Source of the DNA: an uncultured Verrucomicrobiae bacterium
GTDB taxonomy: Bacteria; Verrucomicrobiota; Verrucomicrobiia; Limisphaerales; Palsa-1400
Assembly: GCA_963764165.1 (NCBI GenBank)
Contig: CAVXRD010000002.1
Location: 1,856,001 to 1,920,000, forward strand
DNA: 64,000 nt
Reading direction: 5' to 3'
The position numbers and the translations under genes were made by a program. Each line of letters starts with the position of its first letter. The stretch's first letter is position 1. Of this stretch, positions 28,880-38,748 are shown in pieces. The notes beneath the pieces were generated by a model. The model was not told the origin of the DNA. It searched no databases and saw only the letters and a program-made list of their open reading frames with translations.

Positions 28880-30070
28880 CTATTTCTGGATCACAGCAGG
28901 CGCATTTGTCGCGCCTTTTTTGTCCTGGCCGAAATTGTAATCCGTCAGCGCCTCAGCGGCCAGAGTGCCCAATTTTCTCCGAAGAGGTATTACGTTGCCT
29001 TCCTCTGTCGGATGATTTCGATTTGACAGGAAAATGACGAATGTTTTCGTCGCCGGGTCGATCCAAAGTGATCCACCCGTCCATCCCGTGTGGCCATAGG
29101 AGCCGATTGGGAAATATTGCCCGCGCGGACCGCTGTAAGGCGTGTCAATGTCCCAGCCCAGGCCGCGCTTTTTGGAAATGCCGGGCGGCGATTGCACGCT
29201 GGTCATTAATTTGACAGTTTCCGGTTTGAAGATGCGCACGCCATCCAATTCGCCAAGGTTGAGCATCATTTCCGCGTAGCGCGCCAGGTCGGAGGCGGTG
29301 AAGAACAAGCCCGCGTGCCCAGCCACGCCGCCCATGTGCCGCGCGGTTGGATCATGCACCACCCCGCGCCACGGTTTTCCTTGCACAACTTCCGTTGGCG
29401 CGATGCGCGGCAGTTTTTCGCTCGGCGGCAGGAAGCCGGTATCGGTCATCTTAAGCGGGCCGTAAATTTCCTTCTGCACGAAATCCTGCAGCGGCATTTT
29501 GGAAACGCGATGAACGATTTCTCCAAGCATGAAGAAATTGATGTCGCTGTATTTGAATTCTGTTCCCGGCTTGGTCTGCAATGGCAGCGCGCAAGCCTTC
29601 TTGATCGCCTCCGCTTCGCCGTGCCAATCCGAACTGGTCTCAATATCCGGGGCGAGGCCTGACGTATGCGTCATCAATTCGCGCACCGTGACTTGATCCT
29701 TGTCCTCGCCGGTGAATTCCGGGATGTAAGTTTTGACCGGCGCATCGAGACTCACCTGCCCGCGCTCGATCAGCAGCATCATCGCGGGCGTGGTGGCGAC
29801 GACCTTCGTGAGCGATGCCGCGTCAAAAATCGTATCCTCCGTCATCGGCTCGTGATCGGGCACCACCGCGCGTTCGCCGTAGGCTTTGTGGTAGGAGACG
29901 CCGTTGTGCTCAATCCACAGCACGCCGCCGGGGCACTTCTTATTGTCAATGACGGCCTGAATGGCAGCGTCCATCTCCGCCAGCTTGTTGGTTCGGAAAA
30001 CCTCGCCAAACACACCGGGGGTGAAACTGGCCAGCAGCAGAATCAGAACGAATGAAAATTTTGCGCGCAT
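28880..30070 (-). CDS. Secreted serine hydrolase, beta-lactamase class C-like (AmiE-like muropeptide amidase candidate)
   Basis: SLTK (SxxK), YSD, VHDP.A..MGGVAGHAGLF, GHTG. Confidence 0.88.
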   Translation of the reverse strand: MRAKFSFVLILLLASFTPGVFGEVFRTNKLAEMDAAIQAVIDNKKCPGGVLWIEHNGVSYHKAYGERAVVPDHEPMTEDTIFDAASLTKVVATTPAMMLLIERGQVSLDAPVKTYIPEFTGEDKDQVTVRELMTHTSGLAPDIETSSDWHGEAEAIKKACALPLQTKPGTEFKYSDINFFMLGEIVHRVSKMPLQDFVQKEIYGPLKMTDTGFLPPSEKLPRIAPTEVVQGKPWRGVVHDPTARHMGGVAGHAGLFFTASDLARYAEMMLNLGELDGVRIFKPETVKLMTSVQSPPGISKKRGLGWDIDTPYSGPRGQYFPIGSYGHTGWTGGSLWIDPATKTFVIFLSNRNHPTEEGNVIPLRRKLGTLAAEALTDYNFGQDKKGATNAPAVIQK

Positions 30071-30072
30071 GT

Positions 30073-31389
30073 TCAGTGATATAACAAATATGGTTCGCGG
30101 AGTTTGGAAAATTCCTCGATTCCCGGTTTGAAGCTCGCCGAAATTTGTGCCCCGGATTCCCCGCGTTCCAGGGCCTCGCGCACGGAGGATGTCCCCATGA
30201 CCTTGTCAAAGTAGGAGGCGTGAATTTCCAACTTGTCGCCGTAAAGCTGTTTGATCACCGCCAATTCCGCCAGCACGGTGGCCACCGGGCGGAAAGTGTT
30301 TCGGTCGGTCACGTGCAGTTGACAGCCGCCGCACTGCTTGCCGGAAAATTTGGAGAACGTTGGCGTGAAATAAACCTCGCGAAATTTCGCGCCCGGCAAA
30401 TGCAGCGCGTTTAACTTCTCCGCCAACACATAACCATCAATCCACGGCGCGCCGAAATATTTGAACGGCTTCGTTGTGCCGCGCCCTTCCGAAAGGCTTG
30501 TGCCCTCGAGCAGCACCTGTCCCGGATAAACCGTGGCGGTGTCAACCGTGGGAAGATTCGGCGAGGGCAGCACCCACGGCAGCGACGTTTCATCGAACCA
30601 TTCGTCGCGCTTCCAACTCTCCATCGGCACAACAGTGAGATTGGCTTTATTGGTGAGAAACTGGCCGTTGAAGAGCCGTGCCATCTCTCCCAGCGTCATG
30701 CCATGCCGCAAAGGAATCGGATACAGCCCGATGAACGAACTATGCTTCGGATACTCAAGGATCGGCCCCTCCATCAGCACGCCGTTGATCGGATTTGGCC
30801 TGTCAAGCACAATAAAAGGAATCTTGGCGTCCGCGCAGGCTTGCATCGCATAGGCCATCGTCGCGATGTAGGTGTAGACGCGCGTCCCGGCGTCCTGCAT
30901 GTCGAAGATCATCACATCAACCGACTGCATCATGCTGGGCTCGACTTGCTTGTCCGCATGCTGCGTGTCGAACTTGCGCATGTATTCATCGATGTTCGTC
31001 ATCATGTCCGCCGGGGGCTTGTGAGAGGGGCCGTATAAACTGAAAACGGGCAGCTTCAATTGCTCATCGTAATAAAATGCGACGTATTCCCCCGCCTGGG
31101 CGTTGCCGCGAACGCCGTGCTCCGGCCCGTAAAGCGCGACCAGCTTCACTTCGGGATGCGAGCGGAACAATTCAATGTCGCTCGTCAATTTGCTGTCGAG
31201 CCCGGTCGGATTTGTAATCAGGCCGACCCGCTTGCCGCGGATCAAATCCATGTGTTTCGCGAACAACACTTCGACGCCGAGTTTTGTCGGCGGCGGAAGC
31301 GCCGAGCACATTTCAGGCGCCGTACGCGTTTGGCAGCCCGCGATCACGGAAGCGACAGTGAGTGACATAAATAACCGGACGAGTTTCAT
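30073..31389 (-). CDS. namZ: Exo-beta-N-acetylmuramidase NamZ family (DUF1343) lipoprotein
   Basis: IAGC lipobox; GLITNPTG, PEHG.RG, FDMQD.G.R.YTY, LDRPNP, SEGRGT. Confidence 0.9.
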   Translation of the reverse strand: MKLVRLFMSLTVASVIAGCQTRTAPEMCSALPPPTKLGVEVLFAKHMDLIRGKRVGLITNPTGLDSKLTSDIELFRSHPEVKLVALYGPEHGVRGNAQAGEYVAFYYDEQLKLPVFSLYGPSHKPPADMMTNIDEYMRKFDTQHADKQVEPSMMQSVDVMIFDMQDAGTRVYTYIATMAYAMQACADAKIPFIVLDRPNPINGVLMEGPILEYPKHSSFIGLYPIPLRHGMTLGEMARLFNGQFLTNKANLTVVPMESWKRDEWFDETSLPWVLPSPNLPTVDTATVYPGQVLLEGTSLSEGRGTTKPFKYFGAPWIDGYVLAEKLNALHLPGAKFREVYFTPTFSKFSGKQCGGCQLHVTDRNTFRPVATVLAELAVIKQLYGDKLEIHASYFDKVMGTSSVREALERGESGAQISASFKPGIEEFSKLREPYLLYH

Positions 31390-31422
31390 TCGCGCGCAGC
31401 TCATTTTTTGCGGCAATGTTTA

Positions 31423-31512
31423 TCTCCCTCTCTTCCACGAAGTGGAGGAGAGGGCCGGGGCGAGGAGGGGCTTAGCTCGGTTCCCCTCTCTCCGCGGAGC
31501 GGGGCGAGGGGA
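31423..31512. repeat. REP-like element (GGAGAGGGCCGGGG family)
   Basis: CCCTCTCTTCCAC-GAA-GTGGAGGAGAGGG hairpin plus a second CCCCTCTCTCC...GGGG hairpin. Confidence 0.65.
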
Positions 31513-31564
31513 CCAGCGAGACGCGAATTGGTTCTCGATTGTGGTAAATCGGGTTGGTCTCTTT

Positions 31565-32497
31565 TCATTCGTGTTTCAGGCAGCTTGTCTTGAGAAATTC
31601 GCAAAAGGCCTGGCGTTTGGCCACGACTTCGTCATGGGGCAGATCTGTATGAATAAACACCAATTTATTGTCGCGCAACGCACTTTCTGTTTCGGAGGCG
31701 GCGCCATCTTCCGTTGAGAAAAACGGCGTCTGTTGAGCCTTGTAGGAGGCCATTAATTTCTCCGTCTCTTCCTTCGTGCCGCCGTGATCGGTGTAAATGT
31801 TGAGCATGCGGCCATTCTCGCGTTTCTGCCAGGCGGCATAATTCTCCGTGCCGCCATATAGCGCGTCAAACAGCCACGCCTCCGCAATTTTGTCCGACAT
31901 CCCGCCGTGATCGAGCAGCGCCGCCATGACGTGGTAGCCACCGCTGTGACCGGAGACGATGATGCGGTTCACAGAAAACTCCGTGTTCGCCAGCGGCCCG
32001 GTGGATTTTAGCACCTGGACGCTTTCCGTCATAAAACGGGCGAAGCCATTAGTGTCCTCCAGTTTGCCTCCGAAGGAATCGGGCGCATCATGCGGGCCTT
32101 CCGGGACTATCAATACGGCATTCACGCCGCTGTCGCAAAACTGCTCGATCAATTTGTATCTGGCGAGCGAGCCCGCCACCGTGTTGTTCCACCCGTGAAA
32201 GTGAACGACGAAATCAACCTTCGCGCCTGGGTGGAAATTTTTTGGAATGAACATCGCCACAGTGCTGTCGGAATAATGCTCCTGCGCGGAGTAAAGCTTG
32301 TCGTGATATTTATGTCCGTCCGCACGGGCCGGATGCGGGAATGAAGCAGACACAAACGGGCGAACAATCAACGTTCCGTAATTCGCGAATTTTGCTTCCA
32401 GGGAGGCGTTTTGATCCGCGTTGGTCTCAGCCGCGGACGCGGTGCAAAGGGCCACAATTGGAACTATCAACAGCGCAATGGCAACCGGCAATTTCAT
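31565..32497 (-). CDS. Secreted alpha/beta-hydrolase-like protein
   Basis: Signal peptide; VVHFHGW, SGHSGGY, LFDALY, C-terminal His. Confidence 0.75.
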   Translation of the reverse strand: MKLPVAIALLIVPIVALCTASAAETNADQNASLEAKFANYGTLIVRPFVSASFPHPARADGHKYHDKLYSAQEHYSDSTVAMFIPKNFHPGAKVDFVVHFHGWNNTVAGSLARYKLIEQFCDSGVNAVLIVPEGPHDAPDSFGGKLEDTNGFARFMTESVQVLKSTGPLANTEFSVNRIIVSGHSGGYHVMAALLDHGGMSDKIAEAWLFDALYGGTENYAAWQKRENGRMLNIYTDHGGTKEETEKLMASYKAQQTPFFSTEDGAASETESALRDNKLVFIHTDLPHDEVVAKRQAFCEFLKTSCLKHE

Positions 32498-32587
32498 GCA
32501 AGCGGGCACGATGCGTTGAACCGGAAAAAATGTAAACCGGTTTTTGATTCTGATATGTTCGTTCGAGCGTCCTGGGGCGCAAGACAA

Positions 32588-32660
32588 TTTCTTTGTTTCC
32601 TTTGTTTCCCTGATGCAAAAGGAATTTGGGAATAAGGGAACGAAGATAACGAAGAGAAAG
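32588..32660. repeat. 9-bp-periodic REP-like inverted pair
   Basis: CTTTGTTTCCTTTGTTTCCC...GGGAACGAAGATAACGAAG. Confidence 0.55.
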
Positions 32661-33191
32661 TTTTGGCGAAACAATTCGATGGCCGGGTTCAAAAATAAGC
32701 AAAAGCGATATAATCTCCAAAAAGGGGCAACACCCGCTACACTGTTGATAACAAGGCATTTAAGCAGCTACAAAAGTAGCTACAGACCCGCAACAGACCC
32801 GCTACATTTGTTCCAACTGGAGCCAATTGATTGAAACAGTGCTTTCCATTGGTGTTTCCAAACTCAATTGGCGCGGCATCCTGCCGCCCTCTGACACCCG
32901 GCAATCCATGTCCCAACCTCGCGAAAAACCAAGGGTGCAAGAGGGTGCAATAGCGTGCAATGCCTCCAGGCTCGAATTGCGTGTGATTGCAGGTGGTGAG
33001 GACATTTGGGCGGACGCACAGGTCCGCCCTGCCAAATTGAGGTAGGGCCGGCGCTGCGTCGCCGCCCAAATATTATCGAGGCCCCCAACATTCATCCCCT
33101 CACGATTTATTCAGTTGCCCTTCCCGACAGCCCGTCAAAACCAACTGATCCCCGGGGCCGAAATCCGCACAATGTCAAAGAACACGCCCAA

Positions 33192-33464
33192 GCAGCCCGT
33201 TAAAAAACTATGGACAATGCTGTTTCGCCAAAAGTGGCCCGCCGACAAGGCGGGACGAAGGAGCATGTCCAAACGGGACCTGTGACTGAGGAGCAACGCA
33301 GTCGCCGGGCCACTTTTGGCGAAACCCTTCGGGCTGAGGGCCTTTTGGCTCGGTTCTTTGTCGTTCCTCACTCCCAGATCCATTCGGATATGCTCGCTCG
33401 TCTCTCCGCGAACCAACCCAAAACTCCTCTCAGCAGCAATGTCCATAGTTTTTTAACGGGCTGC
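33192..33464. mobile_element. MITE (273 bp)
   Basis: TIR GCAGCCCGTTAAAAAACTATGGACA(A/T)TGCTG; CAA duplication on both sides; no transposase. Confidence 0.88.
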
Positions 33465-33481
33465 CAACGGCGACAGGGAGA

Positions 33482-33509
33482 AGTATAAGGCCAAAGCCAT
33501 TTTGGTCAA
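33482..33509 (-). promoter_or_regulatory. Putative sigma-70 promoter
   Basis: TTGACC-N16-TATACT on the minus strand. Confidence 0.5.
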
Positions 33510-33894
33510 TTCTTTATGTAAGTACACGCTTCTGTGGTATTATGGGACATGACAAACGAAACGGCCCTCGTCACTTTTCATTAAAACCAAAGCGGCGGAT
33601 TTCAACGCAAGGACGCGCAAGACGAAGGATTTGGCTGACTTTTTTGGAAAGGAGCGCCGCGTGAGGGCACGCGGCCTACAAGGACGCCGCCAATTCAGCA
33701 TTGCAGGCCGGGTGCCCTTAACGGCGGCGGTCGGGTCAAGGGGGCATGGGCGGAGCATTGAATATTTATAATCTCCAAAATACCGCTACAACCGCTACAT
33801 CGTTGAGATTCAATCGGATAAAGCAACATTTGGTTCCTCGCTGTTTTTCAGTGGAATAGCCGCATCGTGTTCCGCTTGCGGGCCACCCCACCCA

Positions 33895-34116
33895 TGCCAA
33901 GGGGATTGGAATCATGTAGCCCACGGTTGCCCGATTCCGAGAGGGCTACCCTGGGTCAGCGCCAGAACATCATCAACCCTGAAAGGGTTGTATCGCCTCT
34001 ATAAGCATCTGGTATTCAACCCTTTCAGTGTTTTGGAACTTAAATGCTGCCGACCCCAGCGTAGGCCCTCTCAGAATCGGGCCAACGCTGGGCTGAATGA
34101 TAAAATCCCTTCGGGA
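33895..34116. repeat. Composite REP (CAACCCT-GAA-AGGGTTG family)
   Basis: Nested inverted arms: GGGATT...AGCCCA/TGGGCT...AATCCC, CTACCCTGGG/CCCAGCGTAG and CAACCCT hairpins. Confidence 0.6.
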
Positions 34117-34289
34117 TTTACGGACAGGTTTTCAGAGCAAGCATCAAAGGGATCATGGCATTCCACTGAAAACAGCGAGGACCCGATTAAAGCCCATCGC
34201 CGGTGGTTGCGCAAAGCCCAGCGAAGCAATACAAGCGTTTCGTGGATGGACGAAATGCACGCTTGACAAGATTTATGACGCAACGATTG

Positions 34290-34448
34290 AATCTGGAACG
34301 CCCGAACGCAGGAAAGGAGACTGAAGTTGTTTTCACGTGCGTCCTGGGTTCGGATGCGCCACCAAGCATTAATTTACGGACTCCACATCACCACCATTGT
34401 CTGAAAGACGACCCTGGTCTCTTTTCCTGAGTTCGGGAGTTCCAGATT
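34290..34448. repeat. Inverted-repeat element, same family as 24533-24749
   Basis: AATCTGGAACGCCCGAACGCAGGAA...TTCCTGAGTTCGGGAGTTCCAGATT. Confidence 0.78.
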
Positions 34449-35117
34449 ATAATCTCCAAAAAGTGGCAACCTTTTCGGCAATACGGTGGCAACAAACTGG
34501 CAATATTTTGGGTCTATGGGTTAAATGCGAGTGCCAATCCAAAACCGCCAGTTCCAGGACGCCAAGCCACTTCGCCTAGGATTTCCGCGATCGCGAAGGC
34601 GGCGACAACTTCCGCCGTGGAAGGCTAAGGAGGACAGGTCTGGCTTTGCATCGGCAGCGCATTGGCGCACGCCGACGAAAACGGCTCCAACATCCAGCTT
34701 GAAACCGTCCCGCTGGATGGAATTTGTCGCGTCGAAGTGAAACGGAGATGGCCGCATCGATCTTCGTGTCGCTTCCGAAAAATCCAATAGCCGTCTTGGG
34801 GGGGCTTCACAGCCCACCCATTCCCTTATTTTTAAGGCGCGAAATCCTGCTTGCGCGTCAACCTGCACTCTGCTCATATCCGAATGTCCAGAAAAAAAGT
34901 ATGCAATTGAAACAACTTGACAACAGATTTGTGGCTTCGGCTGCTGTCCAATCCAAAGCTGGTAGTTTTGACTTGTAGGAGACGGTTCGAGGCGCGCCGC
35001 CGTGGGCGGCCCCGAAAGTGTTCCTGTGAGGACATACCAGTGCCTGGATTGGGGCGTGATTAGGTCATGCCTCTTTTCGTATTGAACAGTCGGAGTTGCG
35101 GAAGACTCCACGAATAT

Positions 35118-38100
35118 ATGAATAAATTACGGGTAAACCCGGCAGTTTGCCGGATAATTAAAACAACACTGGTCTGGCCGTTATCAGAATACTGCCTGAG
35201 ATTTGCCTTGCGTTTGACATTGGCGCTGGGTGTTTGCGGCCTGGCGAGTCCTTGGATGGCGCAGGCCGTTGGAACTTGGGTGCAGTTGGTTAATCAGCCA
35301 CCCAGTGGGTCAACCTGCTACATGAATTTGTTGTCAGATGGAACCGTCATGGCACAGGACATTCGCAGTGGAGCAAAAAACTGGTATCGTTTGACACCTG
35401 ACGCTCATGGTAGCTACCTCAATGGAACCTGGTCCACGCTCACGCCGATGCACGATGGTCGAAATGCTTACGCTTCTCAAGTTCTGACTGATGGCCGAGT
35501 ATTCGTTGCAGGCGGAGAGAGCGGTGGCGGAAATGGTTCGGCTGAGATTTATGACCCATTGCTCGACACATGGACATATTGCGCTGGCACTGGATTCGGG
35601 GTGCAATTTTATGACAACATATCTGAAATTTTGCCCAATGGAAACGTGCTAATTTCACCAGTTCAACCCGCCTCGCCCGGTTTGACGATGGTTTACAACC
35701 CCAGCCTAAACTCCTGGATTAGCAGCCCGCCACTTTACCGCGGCTACAACCAAGACGAAGCAAGTTGGGTTAAGCTTCCAGACAACAGTATCCTCACCGT
35801 TGATCCTTATGGCACAAATTCGGAACGTTTCATACCGTTTTTGAACAAATGGATTAACGATGCGATCCTCCCAGTCGCTGTGTATGACGTTCGCAACCTT
35901 GAGATTGGAGCTGCTTTACTTCTTCCAAATGGCAAGGCGATTGTCCTTGGAGCCACCGGTAACACTGCACTATACACCCCAAGCGGCACAACAAACATGG
36001 GTTCTTGGCACGCGGGCGCCCTAATTCCGGCAGGACAAGGCGCTATAGACGCCCCGGCGGCTGTGATGCCAAATGGCAAAGTTTTGTGCATGTTTTCCAC
36101 AGCGCCATCCTATGGACCTCCTTGCACTTTCTACGAGTACGACCCGATTGCTAACAACTTCACTCAAACAACATTTCCTGGGAACAGTTCAAATTATTAT
36201 CCGAACGATGCCCGCATGCTTATTTTGCCAGATGGAACAGTATTGTTTTCCAACAATGGCTTCGGTCCGGTTTACGCTTATCAGCCCGATGGCTCTCCCC
36301 TCCCTGCGGGACAACCGACCATTAAAAGTATTACGACGAACGCTTACCGTTCTTATCATCTGACGGGCACCTTGTTAAATGGCCTCAATGAAGGCGCAGG
36401 CTATGGTGATGACGCGCAGATGAATAGCAATTACCCGCTCGTGCGGATGACCAATAATGCCACCGGCAAAGTCTATTACGCCCGCACCTATAATTGGAGC
36501 AGCACGGGCGTCATGACCGGAACCAACATCGTCTCGACAGAGTTTATGGTGCCTGAAAATCTGCCTTCGGGGAATTATTCTTTGGTCGTGGTGGCAAACG
36601 GCATCGGTTCTGCGCCAGTATCGTTTGCCTTCAATCCTGACCCATTGGGCATCACCATCCTGGCCGGTTTTGCCAGTGACGGGCCAATCGGCGGGCCATT
36701 CAATCCTGCTTATCAAGCGTATTTTTTGAACAACAGGGGCACATCTACGCTAAGTTGGAGTTTGGTTAACACTTCCCTTTGGCTCAACGTTTCTCCCGTT
36801 GGGGGTGCATTGGTTCCAGGTGGGCAATCCACAGTGATTGCAAGCGTGAGTTCTGCGGCTACAAATCTTCCGGTTGGGATATACACCGCCACGGTCTGGT
36901 TCACCAATTTAAGCAGCGGGGCGGCGCAAAGCATCCCATTCACCTTGCAAGTAAATCCGTTCATTCAGAATGGTGGTTTTGAAACTGGCAGTTTCGGTGA
37001 CTGGACATTGTCAGGGAACGCTGGTTCTAGCTACGTTGCCGCATCGACGAATGCCAACATAAATAATCCCAGCTATGCTCACTCCGGTTATTTCTCCGCT
37101 TTCCTCGGGATGGACGCGAATTGGGGTTATCTCTCGCAAACTGTTCAGACAACGCCCGGCCAATCTTACTTATTATCCCTTTTTGTGAATAGCCCTTCCG
37201 GGACGGGGAGTTCCAACGAGTTCGCCGTTTCTTGGGATGGAATAACAGTCTTTGATCAGCAGGAATTTACAACAGTTGGCTGGACGAATTTGGAATACGT
37301 TGTGGAGGCTACAAGTGACAGCACAGAATTGGAATTCTCGTATGAGAACGCCACAAATTTCTTCCGATTGGACGATGTCGCTCTCACCAACCTGCCGCCA
37401 TCTTTATCCATCGCGGCGCAGCCTACAAGCCAAGTTATCCCCGCCGGAGCAAGCGCAGACCTTTCAGTTTTGGTGGGCGGAACGCCTCCCTTCACTTATC
37501 AGTGGCAGAAAAATGGAACCAATTTGATCAACGGTGGAGACATCTCAGGTTCCGACACGGCAAACCTGTCGGTCAACAACGCTGTGGTCGCCGACAGCGG
37601 AATTTATACAGTGGTTGTGGACAGCGGTTCGCTGTCCGTCACAAGTCTTGTAGCCACGCTGACGGTCGCTGGCATCTCGCCCAATTGCGCTGTCTCGGCC
37701 CCGGAAGGGCTAATTTCCTGGTGGACAGGCAACTATACAGCCAATGACCTCGTAGGCACAAACAATGGCACGTTGCAAAATGGAACCTCGTATGCGACGG
37801 GCTTGGGTGGGTATGCCTTCAGCTTGAACGGCGTCAATCAATATGTTGCGGTTCCTGACTCGCCGTCGCTTTCAATCCCCACAGGCAGCCCATATTCACT
37901 CGAAGCTTGGGTTTATCGGACGCAAAACTACCTTCCATTCCATGTGCTTGGCAAACGAATCGATGGCGGCAGCGACAACTACCAAATGGGTTACGACGGC
38001 AGCAGCCCAAATGTGCCTTTGAACGCATGGACGCACCTCGTGGACACTTATGACGGATCACTTTATTATTTGCGGTACTATAATGGGGCGCTAGTTCAAA

Positions 38101-38510
38101 CAATCCAAGATTCCCCCGCATCTTTTACAACGAACAATGCCGTATTTCGAATTGGCGAATCAGCTGATTTCGCGGTATTTCCTGGGCTGATCGAGAACGT
38201 CCGAATTTACAACCGGGCACTTTCCGCCACAGAAATTCAAGCCATTTACATGGCTGGCAGCAATGGAATGTGTGCGCCGACGCCGTTGATGTTTGCCGGC
38301 GCTCCCAATTTCAACAAAACCAACGGTGTTATTTTGAACACCAGCTTGCGTAGCGGCCAAAGCTACCACATCCAAGCCAACACGGATCTCGCCACAACCA
38401 ACTGGATCGTCTTGACCAATTTCATCGCCGGGACAGTACCCGTTGTCAGTTTTACAAATAAAGCGGCAACGAACATTCCGCAGCAGTTTTATCGGATTGT
38501 TTCGCCTTAA
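35118..38510 (+). CDS. Large secreted protein: Kelch-like beta-propeller, BACON-like, CBM-like, Ig, LamG, C-terminal ...FYR domain
   Basis: Repeated LL.DG.V blades; IQNGGFETG; YQWQKNGTNL; W.HLV.TYDG...VRIYNRALS; FYRIVSP. Confidence 0.85.
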   Translation: MNKLRVNPAVCRIIKTTLVWPLSEYCLRFALRLTLALGVCGLASPWMAQAVGTWVQLVNQPPSGSTCYMNLLSDGTVMAQDIRSGAKNWYRLTPDAHGSYLNGTWSTLTPMHDGRNAYASQVLTDGRVFVAGGESGGGNGSAEIYDPLLDTWTYCAGTGFGVQFYDNISEILPNGNVLISPVQPASPGLTMVYNPSLNSWISSPPLYRGYNQDEASWVKLPDNSILTVDPYGTNSERFIPFLNKWINDAILPVAVYDVRNLEIGAALLLPNGKAIVLGATGNTALYTPSGTTNMGSWHAGALIPAGQGAIDAPAAVMPNGKVLCMFSTAPSYGPPCTFYEYDPIANNFTQTTFPGNSSNYYPNDARMLILPDGTVLFSNNGFGPVYAYQPDGSPLPAGQPTIKSITTNAYRSYHLTGTLLNGLNEGAGYGDDAQMNSNYPLVRMTNNATGKVYYARTYNWSSTGVMTGTNIVSTEFMVPENLPSGNYSLVVVANGIGSAPVSFAFNPDPLGITILAGFASDGPIGGPFNPAYQAYFLNNRGTSTLSWSLVNTSLWLNVSPVGGALVPGGQSTVIASVSSAATNLPVGIYTATVWFTNLSSGAAQSIPFTLQVNPFIQNGGFETGSFGDWTLSGNAGSSYVAASTNANINNPSYAHSGYFSAFLGMDANWGYLSQTVQTTPGQSYLLSLFVNSPSGTGSSNEFAVSWDGITVFDQQEFTTVGWTNLEYVVEATSDSTELEFSYENATNFFRLDDVALTNLPPSLSIAAQPTSQVIPAGASADLSVLVGGTPPFTYQWQKNGTNLINGGDISGSDTANLSVNNAVVADSGIYTVVVDSGSLSVTSLVATLTVAGISPNCAVSAPEGLISWWTGNYTANDLVGTNNGTLQNGTSYATGLGGYAFSLNGVNQYVAVPDSPSLSIPTGSPYSLEAWVYRTQNYLPFHVLGKRIDGGSDNYQMGYDGSSPNVPLNAWTHLVDTYDGSLYYLRYYNGALVQTIQDSPASFTTNNAVFRIGESADFAVFPGLIENVRIYNRALSATEIQAIYMAGSNGMCAPTPLMFAGAPNFNKTNGVILNTSLRSGQSYHIQANTDLATTNWIVLTNFIAGTVPVVSFTNKAATNIPQQFYRIVSP

Positions 38511-38748
38511 TTCGCACTATACCCCACCATCCAAAAAGCATCAGCTTGCCGCTCGCTTCCAGCGTGGCAGGACGCCGCGCAATTGGTGCCACTTGTCCGG
38601 TTCCCAGTTGAGTCTGACCTTTGGCCGTTCGCGCTTCGCAGATGAGCATTCCGACTTGCCCCCGCCACCCCCCAAGCCACGCCTCCCGCTATGCACTCCC
38701 GGCCATGCGTCAGAACAGCGCGTCCCCGCGCCCCGCTCGACGATGTTT

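Noticed and set aside
32700..34510. Possible CRISPR array or integron cassette array
   Set aside because: Repeats are too short and irregularly spaced; no cas or intI genes and no clear attC structure
32737..34580. Many 60-110 aa ORFs
   Set aside because: They translate REP/MITE sequence and have no recognisable domains
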